Notes: generated from the sequence alone by a model not told the origin. Shown: positions 44,438 through 54,468, counted from the first letter of the stretch. The stretch: DNA of 64,000 nucleotides from Candidatus Limnocylindrales bacterium (GCA_038214255.1 JBBQRZ010000009.1:25129-89128); one strand, 5' to 3'. Translations and numbers: made by a program.

Positions 44438-45369
44438 TGGTTCGCCGCCTCGTCCCACGCGGCGAACGCCGCGCGCACGGTCGGGCCCACGCCATCGACG
44501 CCGAGGCGATCGAGTCCTGAGAGCGCCGCTCCAGCCACGGGCGGCGCGCTGAGCCGGACGAGCCGTGCGCGCGGGGCGATCCCCCGGATCGACGCGTCGA
44601 GGGGCTCGTAGAACCTCGCTTCGTCGGTCCGGAAGACCCCTCCACCGAGCACGATGTCCGGATCGAGTCGGGTCATGTGGAGGCGCCGGAGCATCGCCCC
44701 GGCCATGGCGGTCAGCTCGTCCGCCAGCCGATCGACGATCGAGCCGGCGACGGCATCTCCGGCACCTGCCGCGGCGAACACGACGGCCGACAGCTCGGCG
44801 ACTCGCCGCGCGTCGATCCGGCCGTCATAGAGCGCGGCCGTCACCGTCGAGGGGCGAGCCCGGTTGAAGTGGGCCGGCATGTCGCGCTCGAGGCCCGTCC
44901 TCGGACCCCGCCCGTCGCGAGCCCGGACCGCGGCGCCCAGCCCCGCGTACCCCACGTCGTGGCCGCCGCCCCAGTCTCCGGAGATGTCGCCAAGGGCCGC
45001 AAGCCGGGCTTGGCGGCCGTCGGGCGCCACGCCACCGGCGTTGACGCCCTGGCCGCAGATGAGCACCACGCCCCAACACGGTCGGTTCCGGCCCGCAGCG
45101 CCGCGAAGGTGTCGTTGGTCAGGACGTCCTCGTCCGCAAACCCGCAGGCGGCCAGCGCGCTCTGGAGCAGGCGCACGTCACGCGGCGAGTCGGCGGCTGC
45201 GAGACCGTAGACCGCGACCTCGGGCCTGCGGCTCGGGCCTCCCGCGAGCCCGCCCAGGTCCGGGCGCCACAGTCAAGGCCACCGGACCGTCTCCACGACG
45301 ACGCGACCACCATCGCGCCGGCCAGTCCGCTCACCGGCCCACGGCCACCGCCATCGAGCCACTTGCGGC

Positions 45370-48270
45370 ATGCTGTGGCCCGACGGACCCGATCCGACCA
45401 CCGAACCGGAGACCTGCTTGGTCGCCAACTACGACTACGACTCGACCGACAACCCGAGCTCGACCCGCAACGGTGCCTCACGAGGCGGTGCGGGTCGCCG
45501 TTCCACCCTCGGGTGGCTCGCCCTGATCGTCTTCGCGTTTCTGGCCGGCATCGGGATCATCACGGCGCTGGCCGTGGTCGTAGCCTTTCGATCGCTGACC
45601 TCGGGCCTCGACGACCCGCACAAGCTCACGCAATACCCGCTCTCCGAAGAGACGATCCTCTACGACCGGACCGGGAAGACCGAGATCGCGCGCTTCGGCC
45701 AGTTCAAGCGGGAGGTCGTCAGCTTCGACCAGATCCCGCCGATCCTCATCGACGCGACCACGGCCGTGGAGGACAAGACGTTCTGGGAGAACGCCGGGTT
45801 CGATCCCCTGGCGATCCTGTCGGCCGGTCTCGACTCCCTGCGCGGCGCGAACCGCGGCGCCTCGACGATCACCCAGCAGCTCGTCCGGACCCGCCTGTTG
45901 CCGCCGGAGCTCGTGCAGGATCCGAACCGGACACTCGAGCGCAAGCTCAAGGAGATCGTCCAGTCGATCCGCGTGACCCAGGCATTCCCGGGCGAGGAGG
46001 GCAAGCGCGAGATCATCACGGCCTACCTCAACCAGAACTACTACGGCAACCAGAGCTACGGGGTCAAGGCGGCCGCTCGCTCGTATTTCGGCATCGACAT
46101 CACCAAGGGCAAGATCGACCCGGCCCAGGCCGCGATCCTGGCCGCCCTGCCGAAGTCCCCGACCAACTACGATCTCGTTCGCAATGCCACCGCGCGGTGC
46201 ACGCAGGCCGTCGGCGAGGGGGCCGAGTGCCCGGCCGCGGCCAGCGAGCTGGTCGTTCCGCCCGAGACGGTCGTCGTCCAGCGCCGCAACGCGATCCTCG
46301 ACCTGCTGGCCGCCGGCCGCACGCCCATGTCCGGCACGCAGTATTCGCCGGCCGACTTCGAGGCAGCCAAGCAGGAGGAGGTCACCCTCGCCCGGCAGAC
46401 CACGCCGCGCTGGCTGGCCCCGCACTTCGTCTGGGCGGCGCGGGATGAGCTCGCGACGAAGCTGTGTGGCGCGGGCCAGACCACCTGCGACCAGCTCGAG
46501 GCGGGCGGCCTCCGGGTGACGACGACGGTCGACCTCCGGCTCCAGAAGATCGCCGAGAACTGGGTCCGGGCGGCCGCGATCGCGCCGCACCAGAAGGACC
46601 CGGCGGCCTACGCGAATTCGCAGCTCGGCTTCAGCACGTACCCCGCCTGGATGCGCAACCTCGAGAACAAGAACGTGCGCAATGGTGCGCTCGTCGCACT
46701 CGACTACCAGACCGGCGAGCTCGTCGCGTACGTCGGGTCGGCGAACTACTACGCCGCGCAGAGCAGCAAGCGCTTCCAACCGCAGTACGACGTCGTCGGA
46801 CAGGGCTTCCGCCAGCCCGGCTCCGCCTTCAAGCCGTTCAACTACGCGATCGGCATCGAAGATCACAAGATCACGGCCGGGACGATGCTCATGGACAGCG
46901 CCACCGATTTCGGCGGCGGCTTCTCCCCGAGCGATGCGGACAACCTCGAACGCGGCCCGGTCCGGGTTCGCAATGCCCTGCAGTTCTCGCTGAACATCCC
47001 GTCGGTCAAGGCGATGGCCGTCAATACGCCCGGCCGCGCGTTCCAGCGAGCGCAGGACTTCGGGATGAAGTTCCAGTCGGGCTCGGAGGGCGCGGGCCTC
47101 GCCCTCGCCCTCGGCGTCGCCGAGGTTCGACCGGTCGACTTCGTCACCGCCTACGGCACCCTGGCCAACGGCGGCCAGAAGGTCGGGCACACGACGATCC
47201 TGTCGATCAAGGACACGGCCGGCACCGACGTCGTGCCGCCGTACAGTCCGCCCGCCGCCGTGAAGGTCGTCAGCGAGCAGACGTCGTTCATCGTCACCGA
47301 CATCCTGCAGGGCAACACCAACCCGACCATCAACCCGTACTGGGGCCAGTTCCGGGTCCGCGCCGCCGACGGCACCCGCCGCCCGGCGACCCTCAAGACC
47401 GGGACGAACAACGATGCCAAGGACCTCAACGCGTACGGCTACATCGCCCCGCCGACCAAGGCCGGCCGCACGGACGGGGCGTATGCCCTTGCCGTCGGGG
47501 TCTGGGACGGGAACAGCGACAACACTCCGGTTTCGACCCCGGCTCAGCCGGTCTTCTCCATCGATATCGCGACATTCGTCTGGCAAGGCTTCCTCGAGGA
47601 GGCCTCGCGCAAGTGGCCGGTCACGAAATTCGCGCAGCCGGCCGCCGGGCTGACGAAGGTCGCGATCGATCCGTGGACGGGCCTGCGCTCCACGTCGTCC
47701 AAGGCGATCGATGAGTGGTACCTGAGCGGCACCGAGCCGAAGGATCGCCTCGCGCCGAATACGTGCGCCGACAAGGTCATCGAGCAGGTCGGCATCGAAT
47801 CCGGGTTCCCGGGCTGGCTGACCGCCGATCGGGACTGGATCCGACGGGCGCAGCGCGGGGCGGGCACCGCCGGTGGTCCGGATCGGACCCGGGTCGCCTA
47901 CTTCTACAACGGGGCGTACGCGCCGTACGGCCGTTCCTGGGGGGCCATCGTGGGTGGCCCCGGCTGCGGGCCGAGCGCGGCGCCGAGCTGCATCCCGCTC
48001 CCGACGCCGGACGCGAGTGGCATCGTGCCCTCCTTTGCGATCCCGACGCCGTCGGGCTCCGAGATCGCGGCCGTGCCATGCCCGCCGGCGTCCCAGTCGG
48101 CCGGTCCCTCGCTCGAACCGAGCGTGTCTCCGAGCGACACCCCGCCCCCGACGAGCCCACCCACGCCGGCGCCGACGCCCGCCCCGACGCCGGCACCTAC
48201 CCCGGCGCCGACGCCCGCCCCGACAGCGGCGCCGCCGTCGGCCGGAGCGGCGGCCAGCTCCGGTCCCTGA
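45370..48270 (+). CDS. Class A penicillin-binding protein (bifunctional glycosyltransferase/transpeptidase) with a Pro/Thr/Ala-rich tail
   Basis: GT51 motifs EDKTFWENAGFD and RGASTITQQLVR. Transpeptidase motifs SAFK (SxxK), SLN (SxN) and KTGT. One N-terminal TM anchor. 966 aa. Confidence 0.9.
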   Translation: MLWPDGPDPTTEPETCLVANYDYDSTDNPSSTRNGASRGGAGRRSTLGWLALIVFAFLAGIGIITALAVVVAFRSLTSGLDDPHKLTQYPLSEETILYDRTGKTEIARFGQFKREVVSFDQIPPILIDATTAVEDKTFWENAGFDPLAILSAGLDSLRGANRGASTITQQLVRTRLLPPELVQDPNRTLERKLKEIVQSIRVTQAFPGEEGKREIITAYLNQNYYGNQSYGVKAAARSYFGIDITKGKIDPAQAAILAALPKSPTNYDLVRNATARCTQAVGEGAECPAAASELVVPPETVVVQRRNAILDLLAAGRTPMSGTQYSPADFEAAKQEEVTLARQTTPRWLAPHFVWAARDELATKLCGAGQTTCDQLEAGGLRVTTTVDLRLQKIAENWVRAAAIAPHQKDPAAYANSQLGFSTYPAWMRNLENKNVRNGALVALDYQTGELVAYVGSANYYAAQSSKRFQPQYDVVGQGFRQPGSAFKPFNYAIGIEDHKITAGTMLMDSATDFGGGFSPSDADNLERGPVRVRNALQFSLNIPSVKAMAVNTPGRAFQRAQDFGMKFQSGSEGAGLALALGVAEVRPVDFVTAYGTLANGGQKVGHTTILSIKDTAGTDVVPPYSPPAAVKVVSEQTSFIVTDILQGNTNPTINPYWGQFRVRAADGTRRPATLKTGTNNDAKDLNAYGYIAPPTKAGRTDGAYALAVGVWDGNSDNTPVSTPAQPVFSIDIATFVWQGFLEEASRKWPVTKFAQPAAGLTKVAIDPWTGLRSTSSKAIDEWYLSGTEPKDRLAPNTCADKVIEQVGIESGFPGWLTADRDWIRRAQRGAGTAGGPDRTRVAYFYNGAYAPYGRSWGAIVGGPGCGPSAAPSCIPLPTPDASGIVPSFAIPTPSGSEIAAVPCPPASQSAGPSLEPSVSPSDTPPPTSPPTPAPTPAPTPAPTPAPTPAPTAAPPSAGAAASSGP
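48160..48228 (+). repeat. Tandem 12-bp (PTPA)n coding repeat in the PBP tail
   Basis: Encodes PTPAPTPAPTPAPTPAPTPAPTAAP. An imperfect ccgacgcccgcc-type unit repeats about five times. Confidence 0.8.
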
Positions 48271-48302
48271 CCGCTTCGCGGCACACGCCCGCCGATCGGG
48301 AC

Positions 48303-49093
48303 GTGGTCGTCAGGTTCCACGACGTCGTCGTCCGGCATGCCGGCCGGACGATCCTCGGGCCGCTCGACTGGGAGGTCAGGTCCGGCGAGCGCTGGGTGGT
48401 CCTCGGACCGAACGGCTCGGGCAAGACGACCCTCCTCTCGGTCGCCGCGATGTCGCTCTGGCCCACGGCCGGCACCGTCGAGGTGCTCGGCGAGCGATAT
48501 GGCCGGGTCGATGCGCGTGAGCTGCGTCGCCGGATCGGCAGCGCCGGCAGCTCGGTCGAGGCGGTGATGCGCCCGGACCTGACGCCTCGGACGCTGATCA
48601 TGACCGCGCGCCACGGGGCGCTCGAACCGTGGTGGCACGTCTACGACGACGCCGACCGGGCACGGGCCGGCAGCTCGCGGAGCGGATGGGCCTCGGCCCG
48701 ACCGTCGACCAGCCGTTCGCGACGCTGTCCGCCGGCGAGCGCCGGCGGACGTCGATCGCGCGGGCGCTCATGCCGGACCCGGACCTGCTTCTCCTCGACG
48801 AACCGACGGCCAGCCTGGACCTGCCCGCCCGCGAGCTCCTCCTGCGCGATCTCGAGGATCTCGGGCGCGACGGTCGACCGCAGGCGGTCGTGCTCGTCTC
48901 CCACCACCTCGAGGAGATCCCGGCGGGCTTCCAGCACGTGCTCGTGCTCCGCGGGGGCCGGGTCGTCGCGGCCGGGCCGATCGAGCGCGTGCTGCGCGCC
49001 GACGTTCTCACGAGCGCCTACGGCATCCCGATCCAGCTGGAGGCGCGCGACGGACGCTGGACGGCCCGGATGCAGCGGCCACCGCCCAGCTGA
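48303..49093 (+). pseudogene. ABC transporter ATP-binding protein (single NBD, YlmA/ModF-like), frame-shifted
   Basis: Walker A GPNGSGKTT lies in one frame (part of ORF 47715..50702). The signature LSAGERRR, Walker B LLLLDEP and H-loop VSHH lie in ORF 48629..49093. They join at ...YDDADRARA / RQLAERMGLG, with the shift at 48663-48670 (GGGCCGG). Confidence 0.8.
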
Positions 49094-49133
49094 ACGACAT
49101 GCGGACGTCACGGACCCGAGGCACGATGGCGAC

Positions 49134-50702
49134 ATGAACCCGACGACGGCGGCCACGATGCGCGCCGCGCGACGACGTGACACGCCACGGCCGAGGCTCC
49201 GAGCCGCCATCGCAGGGATCGCGGCGACGAGCGTCGCCCTGGGTCTCTCGGAACTGATCGCGGGCGTGGTACCCGGCGCCACGTCGCTGATCGCCGCGAT
49301 CGGGCAGCAGGTGATCGACCACCAGCCGCCCGGCGCGAAGGACGTGGCCGTCACCCTGTTCGGGACAAACGACAAGCTCGCGCTCGAGGTCGTCGTGACG
49401 CTGGCCGCGGTCGCCTTCGGGGCTGCGCTTGGCATCGTCGCGATCCGGCGGTTCACGCTCGCGGCGGTGGCGTTCGCCGGCTTCGGCGTGGCCGGGTTCG
49501 TGGCCGCGCTGGGACAGCCGCAGGCCAGCGCTGCCATCGTGGCCGTGCAGGCTGGCGCGTCCGTGGGCGCCGCCATCCAGGCCCTGACCTGGATGACGAC
49601 ACGGATGCATGGGTCGGACGACGAGGCGGTCTCCGATCCGGCTCGACGCTCGTTCCTCCTGCGCGCCGGGGCACTCGGCATCGCCGGTCTTGCGGCTGGC
49701 TTCGTTGGGCGCGACCTCATGGATCGATCGCGCATCGCACCGTCCACGGGCGCCGTCACGATCCCGCCGGCATCGAGCACCGTGGCGCCCCTGGCGACGG
49801 GTGCCGACCTCGCGCCGACCGTGCCCGGGCTCACGCCGATCGTCATGCCCAACGGCCCGTTCTACCGGATCGATACCGCGCTGATCGTCCCCGACGTCGA
49901 TGCCGCCGGCTGGTCGCTGCGGATCCACGGTCTCGTGGATCGCGAGACGACCCTCACCTATGCGGAGCTAGTCGAGCTGCCGCTGTTCGAGCAGTACGTG
50001 ACGATCTCGTGCGTCAGCAACGAGGTCGGCGGCCACCTGGTCGGCAACGCCAAGTGGACCGGCGTCCACCTGCGTGAGGTCCTCGATCTCGCCGGGGTGC
50101 AGTCCTCGGCGACTCAACTCGTCGGCCGCTCGGTCGATGGGTTCACGGCCGGCATGCCGACGGCCTGGGTCATGGATCCCGCGCGCGAGCCGATGATCGC
50201 GCTGAAGATGAACGACGAGCCGCTGCCGCGAGCCCATGGCTTCCCGGCCCGGCTGATCGTCCCCGGCCTGTACGGCTACGTGTCGGCGACGAAGTGGCTG
50301 AGCGAGCTCGAACTGACGACGCTCGAGGCGTTCAACGGATACTGGATACCGCTCGGGTGGGCCAAGGAGGCGCCGATCCTCACCCAGTCGCGGATCGACA
50401 CCCCGACCGGTGACGTCACGGTCGGACGCGTCCCGGTCGCGGGCATCGCGTGGGCCCCGGATCGCGGCGTGAGCCGGGTCGAGGTCGGCATCGACGGGAC
50501 GTGGCGGGACGCCCAGCTCTCGGCGCCGATCTCGGACACGACCTGGGTCCAGTGGGTCTACCCCTGGGACGCGACGCGCGGAGACCATGCCATCTCGGTC
50601 CGTGCGACGGACGGTCGGGGCACCCTCCAGGAGGAGCAGCCATCCCGGCCCGCGCCCGACGGCGCTCGGGGCTGGCACACGATCCGGGTGAGCGTCCGCT
50701 AG
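49134..50702 (+). CDS. Membrane-anchored molybdopterin-dependent oxidoreductase (sulfite-oxidase/YedY fold)
   Basis: N-terminal multi-TM region. A RRSFLL Tat-like motif occurs internally. The catalytic domain has YVTISCVSNEVGG, MNDEPLPRAHGFPARLIVPGLYGYVSATKWL and an Ig-like C-terminus. It occupies the last 522 codons of ORF 47715..50702. Confidence 0.85.
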   Translation: MNPTTAATMRAARRRDTPRPRLRAAIAGIAATSVALGLSELIAGVVPGATSLIAAIGQQVIDHQPPGAKDVAVTLFGTNDKLALEVVVTLAAVAFGAALGIVAIRRFTLAAVAFAGFGVAGFVAALGQPQASAAIVAVQAGASVGAAIQALTWMTTRMHGSDDEAVSDPARRSFLLRAGALGIAGLAAGFVGRDLMDRSRIAPSTGAVTIPPASSTVAPLATGADLAPTVPGLTPIVMPNGPFYRIDTALIVPDVDAAGWSLRIHGLVDRETTLTYAELVELPLFEQYVTISCVSNEVGGHLVGNAKWTGVHLREVLDLAGVQSSATQLVGRSVDGFTAGMPTAWVMDPAREPMIALKMNDEPLPRAHGFPARLIVPGLYGYVSATKWLSELELTTLEAFNGYWIPLGWAKEAPILTQSRIDTPTGDVTVGRVPVAGIAWAPDRGVSRVEVGIDGTWRDAQLSAPISDTTWVQWVYPWDATRGDHAISVRATDGRGTLQEEQPSRPAPDGARGWHTIRVSVR

Positions 50703-50745
50703 CCGGTCAGGCCGGGTCACCACGGAATCGGTATAGATTCGAAGC

Positions 50746-51315
50746 ATGCCCCGACGCCGCTACATCTTCGATCCGCCCGAGCGATTCGTGGCGGGCACAG
50801 TCGGCGAACCCGGCGATCGCACCTTCTTCCTGCAGGCCCGCGACGGCGACCGCGTCATCTCGGTCGCCCTCGAGAAGGCGCAGGTCGCGGTCCTTGCGGA
50901 ACGGCTCGGCGCCTTGCTCGATGAGCTCGGACGACGCGGCGTGCCGGAGGTCCCGGAGGTCTCGGAGGTGCCGGCGGAGACCACCGACACCGCCCCGCTC
51001 GACGAGCCGCTCGTCGAGGCGTTCCGCGCGGGCTCGCTGACCCTCGGCTGGGACGGTGGCGCCGGCGTCGTCCTCGTCGAAGCGCGGGCCGTCGACGAAG
51101 AGGGCGAGCCCATCGATCCCGACGAGGACGATGACGAGGACGAGGATGGGCCGGACCTGCTCCGCGTCCGGTTCTCGGCCGGGGCGGCGAGGACGTTCGT
51201 CGACCGCGCGGCACGCGTCGTAGCGTCCGGGCGCCCGCCGTGCCCGCTGTGCGGGAATCCGCTCGATCCGGGCGGGCACATCTGCCCGCGTCGCAACGGC
51301 CATTACGTCAACTAG
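50746..51315 (+). CDS. DUF3090-family protein (actinobacterial, C-terminal zinc-ribbon-like CPLCG...HICPRRNGH)
   Basis: MPRRRYIFDPPERFVAGTVGEPGDRTFFLQA...VALEKAQVAVLAERL...an acidic linker...GRPPCPLCGNPLDPGGHICPRRNGH is the characteristic DUF3090 layout. Confidence 0.85.
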   Translation: MPRRRYIFDPPERFVAGTVGEPGDRTFFLQARDGDRVISVALEKAQVAVLAERLGALLDELGRRGVPEVPEVSEVPAETTDTAPLDEPLVEAFRAGSLTLGWDGGAGVVLVEARAVDEEGEPIDPDEDDDEDEDGPDLLRVRFSAGAARTFVDRAARVVASGRPPCPLCGNPLDPGGHICPRRNGHYVN

Positions 51316-51331
51316 CCCGGACCGCCACGAC

Positions 51332-52066
51332 GTGCTCGACGCCGCGACCACCCTCGACGTCCTGCGCGAGGGCGAGATCGAGATCCTCGGGCGGATCGTC
51401 GGGTCGAGCAACAACGCCCTGTTCGTGACGGCCACCCGGATCTGCCCGGATCCGGAGCCCGCCCAGGTCATCGATGCCGTCTACAAGCCGACCGCAGGCG
51501 AGCGGCCGCTCGACGACTTCCCCGACGGCACGCTGTCGCGGCGCGAGGTCGCGGCCTGGCGCGTATCGGAAGCGAGCGGCTGGGGCATCGTCCCTCCGAG
51601 CGTCCTGCGCGACGGCCCGTTCGGCGTCGGGATGCTCCAGGCGTTCGTCGACGCCGACCCGACCGTCGACGTGGTCGCCATGGTCCTCGAGGACGACCCG
51701 CGCCTGCGTCGCATGGCGGTCTTCGACGCGGTCGTGAACAACACCGACCGCAAAGGCGGGCACATCCTGCCGCTCGACGGCGGCCGGCGGATCCTCGGCG
51801 TTGATCACGGCGTGTGCTTCTCGCCCGTGCCCAAGCTTCGGACCGTACTGTGGGGCTGGCGCGGCGAGTCGTTCGACCAGGACGAGCTCGCCGGCCTCCG
51901 CCGGATCCGCGGCGCGCTCGACGGCGACCTCGGCGTCGGGCTGCGCGAGCTGCTCAGCCGGCTCGAAGTGCGGGCAACGGTCCGACGGGTGGACGAGCTG
52001 CTGGGTTCCGGCCGGTTTCCCTATCCCTCCCCGACCTGGCCCTCCATCCCTTGGCCGCCGTTCTGA
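51332..52066 (+). CDS. SCO1664-family protein (PI3/PI4-kinase-like fold)
   Basis: GSSNNALFV...VYKPTAGERPLDDFP...REVAAWRVS...FDAVVNNTDRKGGHIL...DHGVCF are kinase-like catalytic and activation-loop blocks typical of this family. It starts 16 nt after DUF3090. Confidence 0.85.
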   Translation: MLDAATTLDVLREGEIEILGRIVGSSNNALFVTATRICPDPEPAQVIDAVYKPTAGERPLDDFPDGTLSRREVAAWRVSEASGWGIVPPSVLRDGPFGVGMLQAFVDADPTVDVVAMVLEDDPRLRRMAVFDAVVNNTDRKGGHILPLDGGRRILGVDHGVCFSPVPKLRTVLWGWRGESFDQDELAGLRRIRGALDGDLGVGLRELLSRLEVRATVRRVDELLGSGRFPYPSPTWPSIPWPPF

Positions 52067-52773
52067 GGGCCGTCCGGCTGGCTCGTGCCCGGCGGAACGA
52101 GCTCCACGAGCACGGCGCCCGTGACATTCACGACGGTCGTGCCGTCGTGCTTGATCCGCCAGCCCTCGACGCTCGCCGGCGGGACGTGGCCGTGTAGCCA
52201 TAGCGGTGGCCGGACCCGGTCCAGCAGCCAGCGGTACGCCTCGAATCCCACGTGATAGGGGTCCGCGGCCCGATCGCCGACGCCACGGGGCGGCGCGTGG
52301 CTCAGGACGACGACCGAGGACCGACCACCGAGCAAGCGCCGCGCGGGCTCGAGCGCCGCGATTCGGACGATGTCGGCCCGGGCGCTGTCGTCGTGGCGGC
52401 GGCGATCGCCGTGCCGCAGCCCGGGCCACTCGAGGGCCATGACCGGTAGGTCGTCGATCACATGGACCGCGCCCGATCGCAGGGAGTGCGGGGAGTTGAT
52501 CGCGACCGACTCCGCCCAGCGACCGCCGTGGTCGTGGTTGCCGCGCACGTACTGGAGCGGCACCGCGAACGCGTCGGCCAGGAAGCCGAGGTAATCGGGC
52601 TCGAGGTCACCCGCGCCGATGATCGAACCGAGCGCGCCGAGCTCGCGCCGGTTGATCTGGTGCCCGAGGGCCGCGTCCTCGTCGTCCGAGACCGCCAGCC
52701 AGCGGACGGGTCGGCCGGCGCGGCGGCGGAACGGCTCGGGATCCGGCCAGGCAAGGCGCAGCCGGCGGATCAC
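52021..52773 (-). CDS. Calcineurin-like metallophosphoesterase
   Basis: WLAVSDDED, GAGDLEPDY, VRGNHDHG, VVLSHAPP and LHGHV are the five MPE metal-ligand blocks. GTG start at 52773. Confidence 0.85.
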   Translation of the reverse strand: MIRRLRLAWPDPEPFRRRAGRPVRWLAVSDDEDAALGHQINRRELGALGSIIGAGDLEPDYLGFLADAFAVPLQYVRGNHDHGGRWAESVAINSPHSLRSGAVHVIDDLPVMALEWPGLRHGDRRRHDDSARADIVRIAALEPARRLLGGRSSVVVLSHAPPRGVGDRAADPYHVGFEAYRWLLDRVRPPLWLHGHVPPASVEGWRIKHDGTTVVNVTGAVLVELVPPGTSQPDGPQNGGQGMEGQVGEG

Positions 52774-53446
52774 TCCGGCTCCGGGTCGGGCCGCTCGACC
52801 GCGGCTCGCGTCCGGAGCGGCCTGGCTGCTTCGACCTCGCCGCCAGCGATTCGAATGACTCCGTGCGCTGGACGCCCGGTGGGACCAACTCGGTGATCGA
52901 GGCGTCGATCTCCTGCTGGCCGCCGTACAGGGCGAGCGCTACGCGATTGTGGCCATCGACCACCCAGTACCCATCGGCGTATTTCACGACATCGATCGGC
53001 GGCAGGATCGCGAGCGCGTCGTGGGCCTTGCGCAGGCGTTCCCAGCGAGCTCGCCAGTTCTCACCGCGGAACGGCTTGAGCGGCAGGAAGTCCCCGCCGC
53101 GCTGGTCCCCACCGCCCACGGCCGTGCCGCGGATCTCATCAACCGGGATTGGGCGGACGCCGATCGCCACCGGGCGGGCCAGACGGGAGTCGGGGTGGAC
53201 GTCGGCGAGCGAGGGAAGCGGATGGCGCCCGAGACGCCGCACGCGGCGGACGCGCATCCCGGGAAGCTCGCAGATCGTGCGGGTCGTGGCGTCCAGCGCG
53301 GCATTCACACCGCGATGCAGCGGCTCCACGGCCGCGTTCACACCGTCGAGGAGCGGTTCCGCGGCCGCCTTCGGGGCGGCGAGCAGCCGCCGAACGGCCT
53401 CCCGCGGCCGTGATGATCGGGAACCGGTCTCGTGCTCGTCGGACAT
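52607..53446 (-). CDS. ParB/Srx-fold nuclease-domain protein (3' end possibly frame-shifted; alternative stop 52770)
   Basis: IPVDEIRGT...PPIDVVKYADGYWVVDGHNRVALALYGGQQEIDASITEL is a ParB-like nuclease core with the DGHNR motif. The ORF-track frame overlaps the downstream MPE gene by 167 nt with Arg/Pro-rich sequence. Another frame from ~52830 ends ...AAVERPDPEPE at a TGA that overlaps the MPE GTG (GTGA). Confidence 0.7.
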   Translation of the reverse strand: MSDEHETGSRSSRPREAVRRLLAAPKAAAEPLLDGVNAAVEPLHRGVNAALDATTRTICELPGMRVRRVRRLGRHPLPSLADVHPDSRLARPVAIGVRPIPVDEIRGTAVGGGDQRGGDFLPLKPFRGENWRARWERLRKAHDALAILPPIDVVKYADGYWVVDGHNRVALALYGGQQEIDASITELVPPGVQRTESFESLAARSKQPGRSGREPRSSGPTRSRSDPPAAPCLAGSRAVPPPRRPTRPLAGGLGRRGRGPRAPDQPARARRARFDHRRG

Positions 53447-53637
53447 CGCGGTGGAGTGTGCCCGATGTCGGCCACGCGTGCCCGAGGCGCGCCCGCCGTG
53501 CCCGAGGCACGGCGGCCGTGTGCGCGCAAGCCGCACCGGCTCGGCTTAGCGCCGGATGTCCGGCCGGTTACGCCCCCTCTGTCGCGACATCCGGCGGATC
53601 AGCAGGGATCCGGCCGGCCAGGATCTGACCGCCAGGG

Positions 53638-54270
53638 TCAGGCTACGGATCGAACCGCCTTGACGACCATGGTGTTCGCGAAGACGTCGTGAAAGCCTTG
53701 CTTGGTCGGGCTCGAATAGGTCGTGTACAGCAGGTAGAAGAACCAGGCGAGCGACGCCAACCCGATGACGATCCCGAGCAACGGGAAGGGGTTGAACGCC
53801 TGGGCGATCGAGAACGGTGCACCGAGGGCCAGCCATCGCCGGACGGCCTGGTCGGTCGTGAGCGTCTTCCCGTCGCCCGCGTTCCCGACCTGCATCCCGA
53901 GGACCTTCATCCCCACGGTCGCCCGCATCCGGGTCCAGGTGTAGATGAAGTACCCGCTGCTCACGGCCAGGCCGATGAGCGCCTGGATGATCCCGCCCAG
54001 GTAGTTGTAGGTGAAGGTCCCGTTGTTCAGGTCGATGCTCGAGGTGGCGAGGCCGATCCCGGCAAGGACGATCGCGACCACTGTGAAGATCACGGCCAGG
54101 ATGATCGCATCGATGATGTACGCGATCGCCCGGTTGGGCACATCGGCATAGACAAGCCCGGTGGTTCCGCTCGGTCCCGTTGTCGGCGCAGGGGCTGGGG
54201 CCGGCGGCGGTGTTGGGGCAAGGGGGTCGGTCATGCGGGTCGGTGCCTCCGTCTCTCCCATCCCGTCCAC
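53638..54270 (-). CDS. RDD-family membrane protein
   Basis: Pro-rich N-terminus, then YADVPNRAIAYIIDAIILAVIF...RMRATVGMKVLGMQV...QGFHDVFANTMVV, the RDD domain layout. Alternative ATG at 54234. Confidence 0.8.
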   Translation of the reverse strand: MDGMGETEAPTRMTDPLAPTPPPAPAPAPTTGPSGTTGLVYADVPNRAIAYIIDAIILAVIFTVVAIVLAGIGLATSSIDLNNGTFTYNYLGGIIQALIGLAVSSGYFIYTWTRMRATVGMKVLGMQVGNAGDGKTLTTDQAVRRWLALGAPFSIAQAFNPFPLLGIVIGLASLAWFFYLLYTTYSSPTKQGFHDVFANTMVVKAVRSVA

Positions 54271-54468
54271 CGATCATGGCGGACGGCGATCCAACTCATC
54301 CTAGCCCCATGGGGAAGGCTGGCAAGCCCGGATTCGCACGATCATCGTCCCCGCGCACCGGACCGGGCGCCGACCTGCGACCAGGGAGAAGCCACCCGAC
54401 GACCCGTGAAGTCGTGGTGCAGGCGCGGGTGACTGCCGGGTGGGGCCCGGGGCGCTACGATCGCTCGG

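Noticed and set aside
45273-45275. In-frame TGA in the BadF-type kinase as a selenocysteine or readthrough codon
   Set aside because: The gene also carries several frame shifts. No SECIS-like hairpin follows. The family is not known to contain selenoproteins. Interpreted as a nonsense lesion.
47715-50702. A 995-aa ORF that looks like one giant fusion protein
   Set aside because: It is a composite. Its first part is an off-frame reading of the PBP tail, its middle is the 5' half of the ABC ATPase, and only the last 522 codons (from ATG 49134) are the molybdoenzyme. ORF 42356..44437 is similar: only the last 398 codons are galK.
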